Positions 12,918 to 26,504 of a DNA stretch of 64,000 nucleotides are shown here, in pieces. The position numbers and the translations under genes were made by a program. The stretch spans positions 57,848,001 to 57,912,000 of the forward strand of contig NC_086108.1 in NCBI RefSeq assembly GCF_963921235.1, in the 5' to 3' direction. The stretch comes from Mobula hypostoma (lineage: Eukaryota). Under the pieces are notes generated by a model. It was given only the letters and a program-made list of their open reading frames with translations. It was not told the origin of the DNA and made no database searches. Position 1 is the first letter of the stretch, and every line of letters starts with the position of its first letter.

Positions 12918-15900
12918 ATAAGAACATAAGAAATAGGAGCAGGAGTAGGCTATCTGGCCTGTCGAGCCTGCTCTGCCCATTCAATAAGGTCATGGCTGAT
13001 CTGACCATGGACTCATCTCCACCAACCTGCCTTTTCCCCATAACCCTTAATTCCCCTACTATACAAAAACCTATCCATCCTTGTCTTAAATATATTTACT
13101 GAGGTAGCCTCCACTGCTTCATTGGTTAGAGAAATCCACCGATTCACCACCCTCTGGGAAAAGCAGTTCCTCCTCATCTCTGTCCTAAATCTACTCCCCC
13201 AAACCATGAGGCTATGTTCCCTAGTTCTGATCTCACCTGCCAGTGGAAACAACTTTCCTGTCTCTGTCTCATCTACCCCTTTCATTTTTTTACATGATTC
13301 TATAAGATCTTCTCTCATTCTGAATTCTAGTGAGTACAGTCCCAGGCGACTCAATCTCTCCTCACAGTCTAACTCCCTCGTCTCTGGAATCAACCTGGTG
13401 AACGTCCTCTGCACCGCCTCCAAAGCCAGTATATCCTCAAGTAAGGAGACCAGAACTGCACGCAGTACTCCAGGTCTGGCCTCACCAGTACCCTGTACAG
13501 TTGCAGCACTTCCTCTCTGCTCTTAAATTCAATCCTTCTAGCAATGAAAGCCAACATTTGATTTGCCACCTGATAGCCTGCTACTCCTGCAAACCGACCT
13601 TTTATGATTCATGCACAAACACTCCCAAGTTCCTCCGCACAGCAGCAAGCTGCAATTTTTTTTTACCATTTAAATAATAATCTCCTCTTTCATTTTTCCT
13701 TCCAAAGTGGATGACCCCACATTTACCAACATTGTATTCTATCTGCCAGACCATTGCCCACTCACTTAACCTATCTATATCTTTCTGCAGACTTTCTGTA
13801 TCATCTGCACAATTTGCTTTTTCACTCAATTTAGTGTCATCAGCAAAGTTAGATAGACTGCACTTGATCCCCTCTTCCAGATTGTTAATGTATATATTGT
13901 GAACTGTTGCTGGCCTAGCACCGACCCCTGCGGCACAATGCTCACCACTGATTGCCAACCAGAGTAACACCCATGTGTTTCAACTCTCTGCTTTCTATTT
14001 GCTCTGCTATCTCTCTGCAATCCTCTATCCATGCTAATACATCACCCCCAACTCTATGCATCCTTATCTAATGGATAAGTCTTTTATGTGGCACCCTGTT
14101 GAACGCCTTCTGGAAATCCAAGTAAATAATGTCCATCTGTTCCCCTCTATCCACTTCGCTCATTATATCCTCAAAGAAGTCCAGTAAATTTGTCAAACAG
14201 GACCTGCTTTTGCTGAATCCATGCTGTATCTACCTGATGGATCCATTTCTTTCCAGTTGTCTCGCTATTTTTTCTTTAATGATAGCTTCAAGCATTTTTC
14301 CAACTACAGATGTTGAACTAACTGGCCTATAATTACCTGCCTTTTTCCGGCACACTTTCTTGAACAGTGGCGTGACATTCACCTCTTCCATTCCGCCGGG
14401 ACCTGCCCAGAATCCGGAGAATTTTGGTAAATTATCACCAAATCCTCTATTATAACTTCTGCCATTTCTTGCAGTTTCCTGGGATAAATTCCATCAGGAC
14501 CAAGGGACTTATCTATCTCTAGGCCCACAGGTTTGCTTAGCACTATCTCCTTAGTGATAGCTATCGTATCAAGGTCCTCACCTCCCATTGCATCCATAAC
14601 ATCTCGCTTTGGCATGTCAGATGTGTCCTCCACCTTGAAGACTGACACAAAATAGTCATTCAAAGCCTCTGTCATTTCCTCATTAATCAATATCAATATC
14701 CCCCTTTCATCCTCCAAGGGACCTATGTTCATTTTAGCCACCCTTTTCTGCTTTACATAATTATAAATACTTTTAATATCTGTTTTTATATTTTGTGCTG
14801 GTTTATTTTCATATTCTATCTTCCCTTTCGTTATTGTTTATTGCTCGCTTTGTGGCTCTTTGTTGCTTTTTAAAGTTTTTCCAGTCTTCCAGTTTCCCAC
14901 TACTCTTGGCAAGTTTGTATGCACATGCTTTTAGTTTGATGTCTTCTTTTATTTCCTTAGCTATCCAAGGCTTAGTTATCTCCCCACACTTACTGTCTTT
15001 GCTTGTAACTGAAATATACTTCTGTTGAGCACCGTGAAAAATCTCTTTGAAAGTCTTCCGCTGTTCCTCAACTGTCCCACCATATATCCTGTGTTCCCAC
15101 TCTACACTAGCCAAATCCTCCCTCATCCCATTGTAGTCTCCATTGTTTAGGCATAACACATTCATTTTAGATCAAACTATTGCACCCTCCATTTGTAAGA
15201 GAAACTCAACTATACTGTGATCACTCTTTCCAAGAGGATCTCTAACCACAAGATCATTAATTTTACCTGTCTCATTGCACAGGACCAGATCTAAGATGGC
15301 ACATTCCCTTGTAGGTTCAGTAACATGCTGTTCAAGAAAGCCATCATTGACACATTTTATGAAGTCCTCTTAAAGACTGCCTCTACAAACTTGATTCATC
15401 CAATCTATGTGCAAGTTAAAGTCCCCCATGATAACTGCTGTTCCATTCTTACATGCCTCAGATATTTTTCTGTGTATTGCCTTTGCCACTGTAATGTTAT
15501 TATTTGGTGGCCAATAGGCAACTCCCACCAGTGATATTTTCCCTTTACTATTCCTAATCTCTACACAGATGGATTCAACATTCTGCTCCGTAGATCTTAT
15601 ATCGTCTCTCACTATCACCCTGATCTCATCTTTAATTAAGAGTGCTATCTTACCTTCCTGCCTAGCCTTCTGTATTTTCTGATATCTTGGATATTTAATT
15701 CCCAATCCCTTCTACCCTGCAACCACGTCTCTGTAATGGCCACTAAATCATGGCCCTTTCGTATTGATTTGTGCCACAAGTTCACTGACTTTGTTTTGAA
15801 TACTACAGGCATTCAGATAAAGTGCTCTTGCACTCATTGTGTTTTTAAATTCTTATAATCTTTTATTCTTTTGCACTTGACTCTTCTTCACGCCACTCTT

Positions 15901-16280
15901 ACTCTTCTCTTTTTTATCTTTTGCTTTTACTTTATCTTTATACATACTTTTCTTTTTCACTTTATCCATACTTCTCCAATCTGTTGAACCCACCCCGCTA
16001 CTATTTAGTTTAAAGCCCTATCCACAGCCCTAGTTATGCAATTCACTAGGATCCAGGTCCCTTCACAGTTCAGGTGGAGTCTGTCCCATATGAACAGCTC
16101 CCTCCTACCCCAATACTGGTGCCAATTTCCCATGAATTTAAGCCCATTTCTCCTTCACCAAACCTTGAGCCACACACTTAACTCTCTAATCTTCTTGACC
16201 CTTTGCCAATTTGCACGTGGCTCAGGTAGTAATCCAGAGATCACCACCTCTTTAGTTCTGCTTTTTAACTTAGTCCCTAG
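12918..16280 (-). mobile_element. Long CR1 LINE (end of ORF1 esterase, APE endonuclease, RT, 3' UTR), decayed
   Basis: ORFs 15370-15705 (VIMGDFNLHIDW), 14379-14741, 13602-13970 (FADDTKL), 13013-13423; (TTCTTATG)n-type tail at 12918-12935. Confidence 0.93.
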
Positions 16281-16289
16281 ACTATCACT

Positions 16290-16645
16290 GTTGTGTTATG
16301 GTTGATACCATATTCGCACAACATCCTATACCCCATGATACCTTCTGTGTCTAGAACTCTGTCAGTCTTCTTAAATATTTTCAGAGATTTATCCTTCACC
16401 ATTCCTGGCAGAGAATTTCACAGGTATGAAGAAACCTCTCATCATCTCAGACTTGCTGAGATAATATCTCACTTTACCTTGTATTTTACTGCTGCACTCT
16501 TGACTCCCCAGCCAAGCAAAATATCTCTTCTACATCCATTTAATCTTCATCGGTCAGAATTACATTTTTTTTTCAATTCTTCTGAGCTCTAGTTAATATG
16601 ACCTACGTCAACCCAACCTCTCCTCATATGACAGACTTGCCATTT
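16290..16645 (-). mobile_element. Old CR1 3' remnant
   Basis: MASLSYEERLG and gaatttcacag-type CR1 3' motifs. Confidence 0.6.
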
Positions 16646-17082
16646 CAAGAACAAGACTACTGTAGAAACAATTTAGAGGGTGAAACCACGTCTGACGCTG
16701 AGATGGACTAGAACTCTTCCAGTAGAAGATAATAGCCTTTGATTCCATTTTTCTGTAGGCTTCCAGTTTGAGAGGCTGTATGAGCAAAGGTCTTGAAGAC
16801 CAAGCTACATTTACAGAGATAATGAAGAGAGAGTAAACAACACTAGTCATGAAGAATCTATCCTTTGAGAATCTTCATTAGGTAGAGATTGTAAGTATCC
16901 CTAACTAGAGGTGAAATTTGTCCCGAAGCCAAGATTCTCTATGGAGGTGTTTGATATTGTATTACCTTCTGGGGATAGAACTTCAGCTGCAATGCTATGC
17001 CCAATCTGTGAGAATTAAAGTCGCAATGGATCGCAAAGATTTTTTCATGTCGTTGCATCATTCCAGGCAGCTGTGTCATACA

Positions 17083-18446
17083 TAAACACAAGATGCTGCA
17101 GATGCTGGAAATCTAGAGCAACACACGAAATTTTGGAGGAACTCAGCAGGTCAGGCAGGATCTATGAAAATGAATAAACAGTCAACTGTTTAGGCCAGGC
17201 CTTTTCTTTAGGACTGTAAAGGAAGTGGAAGGTGCCAGAATAAAAAGGTGGAAGGAAAGGGAGGAGGACAAGCTAGAAGATGATAGGTGAAGCCAGGTAG
17301 GTGAGAAAGGCAAAGGGCTGGAGAACAGGAATCTGATAGGAGAGGAGAGTGGACCATGGGAGAAAGGGAAGAAGGAGGGACACTGTGGGAGGGGATAGGC
17401 AGATGAGTAGAAGAGTTATGAGGCCAGAGTGGGGATTGGAAGAGGAGAAGGGGAAAAGGGGAAAAAAAGAAAGAAAAGGGAGATGAGTGGGGAGGGACGA
17501 TTGGACATGGGAATCACGGAGAGAGTGCTGGGGTGGGGGGAAATAATGATGTGCTTTGTGGTAGAGTCCTGTTGAAGATGGCATAAGCTGCAGGGAATGA
17601 CGTGTTGGATGCAGAGCTCATGGGGTGATAGGTAAGGGCAGGAAGAATTCTATCACTGTTGTGGCAGGAAGATGAGGTGAGCGTGGATGTCCAGGAAATG
17701 GAGGAGATGCAGGTAAGGGCAGCATCAATGGTGGAGAAAGGGAAACTCCATTCTTTGAAGGTGGGGGACATCTCTGATGACCTGGAAATGAAAGTCTTTT
17801 TCTGAGAACAGATGCAGCGGAGATGAAGGAAATGAAAAAAGGGAATAGCATTTTTACAAGAGACAGGGTGGGAAGAGGTATACTCAAGACAACCATGAGA
17901 AATTGGTAGGTATTTTAAAGATGTCCATAGCTAGTTTATCTGGCCCTGACCACCTAATTTTCACCGTGAAGGTCCAGTCCCTATACACTTTTATCCCTCA
18001 TAAATAAGGCCTTGAAGCTCAATCCTTCTTTCTTGACTAAAGTCCCAGCCAGTTCCACTCCACCACCACCAACCACCCTCTTCCATCTGGCAGAAGCAGC
18101 CCTCACCCTCAACAATTTCTCCTTCAGCTCCTCCCACTTTCTCTAAACTTAAGAAGTAGCCATGGGTGCCCACATGGACCCCAGCTATGCCTGCATTTTC
18201 ATTGGCAATGTGGAACAGTCAATACTCCAACCTTCGCTGGTTGCTCCCCAACTCGTTCTGCACTGTATCGATGACTGCAGCAGTGCCACTTCACGCACCC
18301 ATGATGAGCTCGTCAATTTCATCAAGTTTGCTTCCAATTTCCACCCTGCCCTTAAATCCATTTCTGATACCTCTCTCCACTTTCACGATCTCTTCGCCTC
18401 TGTCTCCGGAGACAAGCTGCCTACCGACATCTTTTATAAACCTACC
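17083..18446 (-). mobile_element. Penelope-like element: 3' half on minus strand (17083-17940), RT half inverted on plus strand (17941-18446)
   Basis: Plus arm: VQSLYT, LNNFSF, AMG.HMDPSYAC.F.G, CIDDC, DIFYKPT; minus arm: pseudo-LTR (gatgctggaaatc, ggaactcagcaggtcaggcag) and C-terminal RT sequence. Confidence 0.85.
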
Positions 18447-18499
18447 GGTTTCCTGGCTGAACACAGAGGTGCACTAGCTACTAAAAGCTTGGGACACTG

Positions 18500-18950
18500 C
18501 CTTCAAGTCTGGTTGGGCCTTGAGCTAACCATTCTAGAGATATATTAATGTCATCTGCACACTTATTAATACAGCTGGTGACAGATGAAGCATATTCCTC
18601 AAGGTCTGTGTCTTCTTCATTTGTGGCAACCTCCTTCAACATCTTCCAGTTAGACCATTTAAAACTGTCTTAAAGCATATAACTTGCCTCATTAGGCCAT
18701 ATAATGCAAATACTCTGCAATTTTGTATTTAAGATGTCTTCAGATTTTCTGGCAGCTTCTTCAGTTTAGGTCAACAGTCTCTCCTTGGCTAATGAGCTAA
18801 TAGTCATGGTAACAATTGGCATCCCTCTGCTGCAATCTGTGAGTATCGTGATTGTATGCAACCACCTCCTGCAAGAGAGAGTGCATTATTGTCCTGGAAA
18901 ATGCCAGTGCTATGAATCAGCAAAGTTGAATGTCTAAATGTTTGTGTTAC
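18500..18950 (-). mobile_element. Ancient Rex-Babar endonuclease-linker remnant
   Basis: Minus-strand translation NWKMLKEVATNEEDTDLEEYASSVTSCINKCADD. Confidence 0.55.
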
Positions 18951-19330
18951 TCTGCTGTTGATGAGGGAGCAATGAAACTAACATGCTGTTTGGTTAAAAA
19001 TGTGAAAAATTGTTTATGTTCTGATATGTTCAGACTTTAAGTGATTTAGAACAACAACTGAAGGAGCTAAGTACCTTTTCCTTTTAGTTATGCAGGTATG
19101 GATTTAATCAAAAGTATCTATTTTCTGATACTAACCATTCATGAATATGCATCAGTGCAACTGCTGCAATCATGATAAAGAGGAAGACACTAGCAAAGGT
19201 CAAACTGATAAGGGTTAATTGTGCATCACACTTTCAATGCATATTTTAGAGTGCTGTTGAGTTTCACCCACCACACATCAAAGTTGCTGGTGAACGCAGC
19301 AGGCCAGGCAGCATCTCTAGGAAGAGGTAC

Positions 19331-19366
19331 AGTTGACGTTTCAGGCCGAGACCCTTCGTCAGGACT
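19331..19366 (-). ncRNA. Penelope minimal hammerhead ribozyme (core intact, one stem I mismatch)
   Basis: Reverse complement agtc-ctgacga-agggtctcggcct-gaaac-gtc-aact. Confidence 0.75.
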
Positions 19367-20243
19367 AACTGAAGGAAGAGTGAGTAAGGGATTTGAAAGT
19401 TGGAGGGGGAGGGGGAGATCCAAAATGATAGGAGAAGACAGGAGGGGGAGGGATGGAGCCAAGAGCTGGACAGGTGATAGGCAAAAGGGATACGAGAGGA
19501 TCATGGGACAGGAGGTCCGGGAAGAAAGACAGGGCGGGGGGACCCAGAGGATGGGCAAGGGGTGTATTGAGAGGGACAGAGGGAGAAAAAGGAGAGTGAG
19601 AGAAAGAATGTGTGTATAAAAATAAATAACGGATGGGGTACGAGGGGGAGGTGGAGCATTAGCAGAAGTTAGAGAAGTCGATGTTCATGCCATCAGGTTG
19701 GAGGCTACCCAGACAGAATATAAGGTGTTGTTCCTCCAACCTGAGTGTGGCTTCATCTTTACAGTAGAGGAGGTCGTGGATAGACATGTCAGGATGGGAA
19801 TGGGATGTGGAATTAAAATGTGTGGCCACTGGGAGATCCTGCTTTCTCTGGCGGACAGAGCGTAGGTGTTCAGCAAAGCGGTCTCCCAGTCTGCGTCGGG
19901 TCTCGCCAATATATAGAAGGCCACATCGACTTCTCCAACTTCCGCTAATGCCCCACCTCCCCCTCGTACCCCATCCGTTATTTATTTTTATACACATGTT
20001 CTTTCTCTCACTCTCCTTTTTCTCCCTCTGTCCCTCTGAATATACCTCTTGCCCATCCTCTGGGTCCCCCCCCACCTTGTCTTTCTTCCCGGACCTCCTG
20101 TCCCATGATCCTCTCGTATCCCCTTTTGCCTATCACCTGTCCAGCTCTTGGCTCCATCCCTCCCCCTCCTGTCTTTTCCTATCATTTTGTATCTCCCCCT
20201 CCCCCTCCCACTTTCAAATCTCTTACTAACTCTTCCTTCAGTT

Positions 20244-20279
20244 AGTCCTGACGAAGGGTCTCGGCCTGAAACGTCGACT
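20244..20279 (+). ncRNA. Penelope minimal type I hammerhead ribozyme, intact
   Basis: agtc-CTGACGA-agggtctcggcct-GAAAC-GTC-gact; palindromic ACGT stem III as in dimer-acting Penelope hammerheads. Confidence 0.85.
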
Positions 20280-20639
20280 GTATCTCTTCCTGCTTGGCCT
20301 GCTGCGTTCACCAGCAACTTTGATGTGTGTTGCTTGAATTTCCAGCATCTGCAGAATTCCTGTTGTTTGAGTTTCACCCACACTGTGTTTTAGGAATGTA
20401 AGAAGTAAAAATTTATTAGCTGAGACCATCAAGTTTCAAAGAAAGTATTATCTCACTGGGCCACGTAGTTTTGTTTGTTTTCAGATTATATAATTGCTGA
20501 AAATAGTATTTCCTGTATAATGAACTGACTGAAACGTTAATGATATTATTCTTTCAGTAAAGTATTGCCCTGTTGAAATAATGTCCTCCTGTCATTAATG
20601 TTAGAAACAGAGGCACACCAAACTAAATGTATAACAAAA

Positions 20640-20765
20640 TTCTGGATGAAGGGTCTCGGCCCGAAACATCGACTGTTTTATTTTTTCTGCCTGGCCTGCT
20701 GAGTTCCTCCAGCATTTTGTGTGTGTTGCTTTGGATTTCCAGCATCTGCAGGTTTTGTTGTGATT
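20640..20765 (+). mobile_element. Solo Penelope pseudo-LTR fragment with decayed hammerhead
   Basis: gatgaagggtctcggcccgaaacatcgactg...gctgagttcctccagcatttt...ttccagcatctgca. Confidence 0.8.
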
Positions 20766-21146
20766 ATAACAAACTATTGTGGCTGTGAAACAGATTTTTC
20801 CGAAATCTGGTTTGTTTATGTTTGGTATAACCGAAGTGAAATGAAGTGAATTTCTTGTCTTATTTCTACTCTAGAACTTTGTTGTCAAAGTGTTCCTATC
20901 TGTAATTCAAAGTTGTGCAACTAAATTGATTTTTTGATCTATTCTTAATATGGAATACAAGTTCAATAGAATTTGACTTGGCTGTTTGCTTCAATTTTTA
21001 TGGGGAATGGAAAATATTATTTTTACCTGCAAAGTCAATGGGACAAGAGTTTGGAAGTGATGTATATACAGTATGCCCTGAGACTGCAATATAGCTTCTA
21101 TTGAAGATGAATCTCTGGTATTAATATTTTATCCTTCATCCTTTCA

Positions 21147-21915
21147 GACTATTTTCTACATGGGGAAAAGATTCAAAAATCAAAGTGCAAAGTGCAAAGT
21201 GACTCGGGAGTCATTATGCAGGATTCCCTAAGGGTTAACTTGCAGGCTGAATTGATGGTAAGGAAGGCAAATGCAGTGTTAGCATTCCTTTCAAGAGGAC
21301 TCGACTGCAAGAGTAAGGATCTGATGCTGAGGCTTTATAAGGCACTGGTGAAACAACATGTGGATTATTGTGTGCGGTTTCAGGTCCCTTATCTAAGAAA
21401 AGATGTGCTGGCATTAGAGAGGATGTCCAGAGGAGGTTCACGAGAATGAATGGGTTATCAGATGAAGAGAGTTTAATGGCTCTAGGCCTGTGTCTGCTGA
21501 AGTTTAGAAGTATGGGGGGGGGGGGGCGGGAAATCATCGAAACCTATTGAATATTGAAAGGTTTGGATAGAGTGGATGTAGAGAGGATGTTTCCTATAGC
21601 AGGCGAGTCTAGAACCAGAGGGCACAGCCTCAGAATTGAGGGATGTCTATTTAGAACAGAGATGAGAAGGAATTTCTTTTGCCAGAGGGTGGTGAATTTA
21701 TGAAGTTCATTGCCACTGAAGGCTGTTGAGGTCAAGTCGTTGAGTATATTTAAAGTGGAGATTGATAGGTTCTTCGTTAGTCAAGGTACCTAAGGTTACA
21801 GGGAGAAGACAAGAGAATGGGATTGAGACGGGTAATAAATCAGCCATGATGGAATGGTGGAGGAGACTCAGTGGGCTGACTGACCTAATTCTGCTCCTAT
21901 GTTTATCTATATGCT
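21147..21915 (+). mobile_element. CR1 3' fragment
   Basis: VRKANAVLAF.SRG...LRLYKALV; CR1 3' UTR aaatcagccatgatggaatgg. Confidence 0.88.
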
Positions 21916-23199
21916 TCATCCAATTGCTCCTCTAAAGCTGTTTTTGCTAGGGCACAGTTCTGTGCATGTGATATTCATTTTGCAGCTTTGAGCATTTGGT
22001 TATTCTTTGAGCTCTTTCTCCTAATGGGACAGAGTAATTATCAAGTCTAACTGTATTTGATCTGATTTCCAAACATATGCATTCAAATGGTCAACAAGAC
22101 ATAAGAGCTTGTTTATTGCCTGCCCTTCAAAGCTGACTATTTCTGTCCATGTGTATGTAGTCATCTTCTTATGACTGTATATTGACTCCACGGATCAGCA
22201 AGGTTCAATGCAATAAAGACCTTTGTTAACTACAGTGGCTAGCTCTTCTCCAATCACTTTCTCTGACTCAATAGATGTCAAAGCTGAAATGAAAATGTTA
22301 TTAGAGTATGCTGTGAAAGCTCTATAATTTTGTTTTAACTTAAAAGAAGGTTAATATTTCTCTAGTTATCAAGTTCCTAAATCTCAATAATTTGGAAATT
22401 GCTTTTGAAACAAAACAAGACCATGTACTGATTTCCACTCATATTTCTATTCATTCCTGAACATATTGACTCATGGCACTATCAGATCTAAGGACTGTCC
22501 ATTCATACTTAACAATATCTAGTGGAAAATTAAAAGCAATGGCAGCTGTTTCAAGCCTGATGACATCAATGTACTGATTGAAGGAAAATGCTACTCAGGA
22601 AACTAATATTCTTCAAGTATCATCAAGATATCTATGTCTACAGGAGGCCATGTATCAGTTTTCACTCTGAAAATACTGCCAGCTCATTGACTTTTAAATC
22701 GTGCTACTCATTTTTGAATCTTATCTACTTCAGCAAATGCTTTCCATCTAACTCAGGATTTCCTGCTAGTTCCCAGCCCCCATATCTGAATACCTCATTA
22801 ATCCACTGCCAGGCTTTCATTGCACGTGTGATTGTTGCACACGGAACTTTGTGATCTTGCAGCGAGCTCAGAAGTGTAATCTAGTTTTATTGGAATATCA
22901 AACTTTTAACACAGTTATCAGTCTATTGGAAGTGAGTAGTTCAACTCTGTGATCAGTCCTGAGGAAAATCAGCAGAATACTTATTTGTTCAACCTGAACC
23001 TCTTCCCCATAACCGCCATGCAATAATTGAGCTGAGTCAATCCAGCAGATTGATAGAAATGGGGTAAGCAATGAGGAACAGGATCCAGGCCATTTGTTTT
23101 CTTTCAAATCCAAGATGGTGTGACCAAATGTAACACATCCATCATTAATTTAGCTGATAATAGTTGGTGCTATACCAATCAGAGGTCCCTTCTGTTATC

Positions 23200-23350
23200 A
23201 GAGCAACACACTCAAAATTGTGGAGGAACACAGCAGAACAGGCAGCATTTATGGAGAGGAAAAAACAATTGACGTTTCAGGCCAAGCCCTTTCATAAGAA
23301 CTCCTCTAGTGCTCTGAATTTCCAGCATCTGCAGAACCTCTTAGCTCTTC
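23200..23350. mobile_element. Small inverted Penelope pseudo-LTR relic
   Basis: Minus pLTR (ttgacgtttcaggccaagccc) followed by plus pLTR end (atttccagcatctgcagaa). Confidence 0.6.
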
Positions 23351-23571
23351 TATGTTGTTTTCTGTTTTTATTTTGTAACTAAATTCCACACTTACACACT
23401 GCAATAGTTAAAATATGGCACTTGAGTTCAAAACAGTCAGTTAAGCAATTGGATTTTTGATTCTCTGATATGAACCTTAACTCTAAAACTGCAGAAACCA
23501 CACAGGATTATAAAGTGTAAAGTCAAGGAGTGATAACTAAGATTAAAATAGAATACCTGTCTCAATCTAGT

Positions 23572-24940
23572 CATTATAGACCAGTTAGCCTGACATCAGT
23601 GGTGGGGAAGATGCTGGAGTCAATTATAAAAGATGAAATAGCGGCACATCTGGATAGCAGTAACAGGATAGGTCCGAGTCAGCATGGATTTACGAAGGGG
23701 AAATCATGCTTGAATGATCTTCTGGAATTTTTTGAGGATGTAACTAGGAAAATGGACAAGGGAGAGCCAGTGGATGTAGTCTACCTGGACTTTCAGAAGG
23801 CCTTTGATAAGGTCCCACATAGGAGATAAGTGGGCAAAATTAGAGCACATGATATTGGGGGTAGGGTACTGACGTGGATAGAAAATGGTTGACAGATAGG
23901 AAGCAAAGAGATGGGATTAATGGGTTCCTTTCAGAATGGCAGGCAGTAACCAGTGGGGTGCCACAAGGCTCGGTGCTGGGTCCGCAGCTATTTACAATAT
24001 ACATTAATGATTTAGATGAAGGGATTAAAAGTAACATTAGCAAATTTGCAGATGACACAAAGCAGGGTGGAAGTGTGAAATGTGAGGAGGATGTTATGAG
24101 AATGCAGGGTGACTTGGACAGGTTGGGTGCATGGCAGATGCAGTTTAATGTGGATAAGTGTGAGATTATCCACTTTGGTGGCAAGAACAGGAAAGCAGAT
24201 TACTATCTGAATTGTGTCAAGTTAGGAAAAGGGGAAGTACAATGAGATCTAGGTGTCTTTGTTCATCAGACACTGAAAGTAAGCAGGCAGTGAAGAAAGC
24301 TAATGGCATGTTGGCCTTCATAACAAGGGGAGTTGAGTATAGGAGCAAAGTGGTCCTTCTGCAGTTGTACAAGGCCCTGGTGAGACCACACCTGGAGTAT
24401 TGCGTGCAGTTTTGGACTCCAAATTTGAGGAAGGATATTCTTGCTATTGAAGGAGTGCGGCGTAGGTTCACGAGGTTAATTCCCGGGATGGTGAGACTGT
24501 CCTATGGTGAAAGATTGGAACAACTGGGCTTGTATACACTGGAATTTAGGAGGATGAGAGGGGATCTGATTGAAACATATAAGATTATTAAGGGATTGGA
24601 CACGCTAGAGGCAGGAAGCATGTTCCTGATGTTGGGGGAGTCCAGATCCAGAGGCCACAGTTTAAGAATAAGGGGTAGGCTATTTAGAATGGAGTTGAGG
24701 AAAAACTTTTTCACCCAGAGGGTTGTGGATCTGTGGAATGCTCTGCCTCAGAAGGCAGTGGAGGCCAATTCTCTGGATGCTTTCAAGAAAGAGTTAGATA
24801 GAGCTCTTAAAGATAGTGGAGTCAAGGGATGTGGGGAGAAGGCAGGAACAGGGTACTGATTGTGGATGATCAGCCATGATCACAGTAAATAGTGGTGCTG
24901 GCTCGAAGGGTCGAATGGCCTACTGCACCTATTATCTATT
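23572..24940 (+). mobile_element. CR1 LINE, 5'-truncated
   Basis: ORFs 23530-23829, 23874-24245 and 24212-24859 with [36 protein letters not shown]. Confidence 0.95.
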
Positions 24941-26504
24941 TGCAATCTTTTAAACTTACTTAAACCTGGCAAAGCAATGACCCTAGCAGATTTGTTCTGA
25001 TTAAATAAAAAGCATATCCCTGAAGGTGGTGTCTGCATCAATCCAAAGCCTCTGAGATCCAGATCCAGGTCAGGAGAGTTTAGAGGCATAGAATTGGACA
25101 GCACAAAAACAGGCACTTTGGCCCACTGTTTGAGTAGTTTTGTGCACATTCTTGGGTGTTTTGATGTCCATAAGGAAAGTTGTCTTTGGGTCTCACTACT
25201 CCCTCACTCTTCGTTATGGAGCTGTCATCCCTCTCCAGTCTTAGTTCTGATGCAGGGCTTTGAACAGAAACATTGATGGTTCTTTCATCTTCACAGACGA
25301 TGTGTGACCCTCTGAGGTGCTCCAGATTGCAGCATTTACATATTCTTGTGACTCCTGATCTTTTTGGAAAAATATTTCACTATCAACCTTTTTTTCTGGA
25401 GTAAATCTTCCCCCAGTTAATGTCAACCTATGCAATTTAGTTTGTAGTGAGATTTGCAAATTATTTTGACTACAAGCTGGTCATTCTTAGTGACTTATAG
25501 AATAATTAGGTTTTACCAAACTCTGGTGTTGGGAGAGCTAAGATGCGGGGCTCGGGGGTGCATTGTGGATGACACATTTTGTTGAATGTAATGGAACCTC
25601 CCACTTTGTTTGGCTGCACAAGCTGAAAATCTACCAACTTTTGAGCTTGTCACCATTGGGAAATCTCTGGATTACTGTGAGTAGTGCAAACAAACAATGC
25701 TACAGGATACAACTGCTTCCATTTAATTCCGCCCTGAGCCAGGGAGTAATTCAGCACACTGAACAGATGCTCCCAGACCCTGGTTAAGGCTGACATCTCA
25801 GAGCAGGCTCTGCAAATTACCTCCATCATAGCTGGTTGCTGGAATCTGGGGGAGCTGATTTGAATCTGGAACCAATACATGGAATTAATGTAAAATTTGT
25901 GTTTGATGATTGGAGTAAATTCAATAGACTAAAAGGCTGGTTTTCATGCTATATAATCAAGGATGCTATGGCTATGACATTATCACTCCTTTTAGAGGAC
26001 AGATGACACACTGAAATTTTGCAAACTCTTTAAGCTCAGCATATGCAGATTTAGTATGCTGTTGATGAGAGCTAAGAGTATTCAATAAAAGCCGACCACC
26101 TGAAAGAGACTGAAGCCATGAAGTAGAAACTATAATGTGAAAGAAAATGCATATGTGGTTAGTATTGTTTTGATCTCGATTGATATATAGCAATGTTTGG
26201 CATGTTGATTCACATTGTGCTGGCTTTAATGATTTGTGCAAAATAGAATACTGAGATCATTAGTAACAGAGGAAGGACATCTGGGGAAGTGTTACCTGTG
26301 GAATTTGTGTTTCTCTTCCTTTTTTATTGCTCAAGGTTAATGAGAATTACTAAAAGGGTAGTATGTGTTTGGCAACTGAATTTCCTCTTAAGGGTAGCGA
26401 CAACCCTCTCTCTGACTTGGTACCATGCTTATTTTGACGGAATGTGAGTGTCGTTGTTTTGGGGGCAAAATGGGTAAGCATTGAAGAAAAGGAAGATATA
26501 TTTC

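Larger units (their letters stand above)
19272..20366. mobile_element. Penelope-like insertion with inverted arms (minus 19272-19928, plus 19923-20366) and 15-bp TSD ttgagtttcacccac
   Basis: GIY-YIG C-terminus on the minus strand (LLYIGETRRRLGDRFAEH); both arms end in the pseudo-LTR; TSD at 19257-19271 and 20367-20381. Confidence 0.95.
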
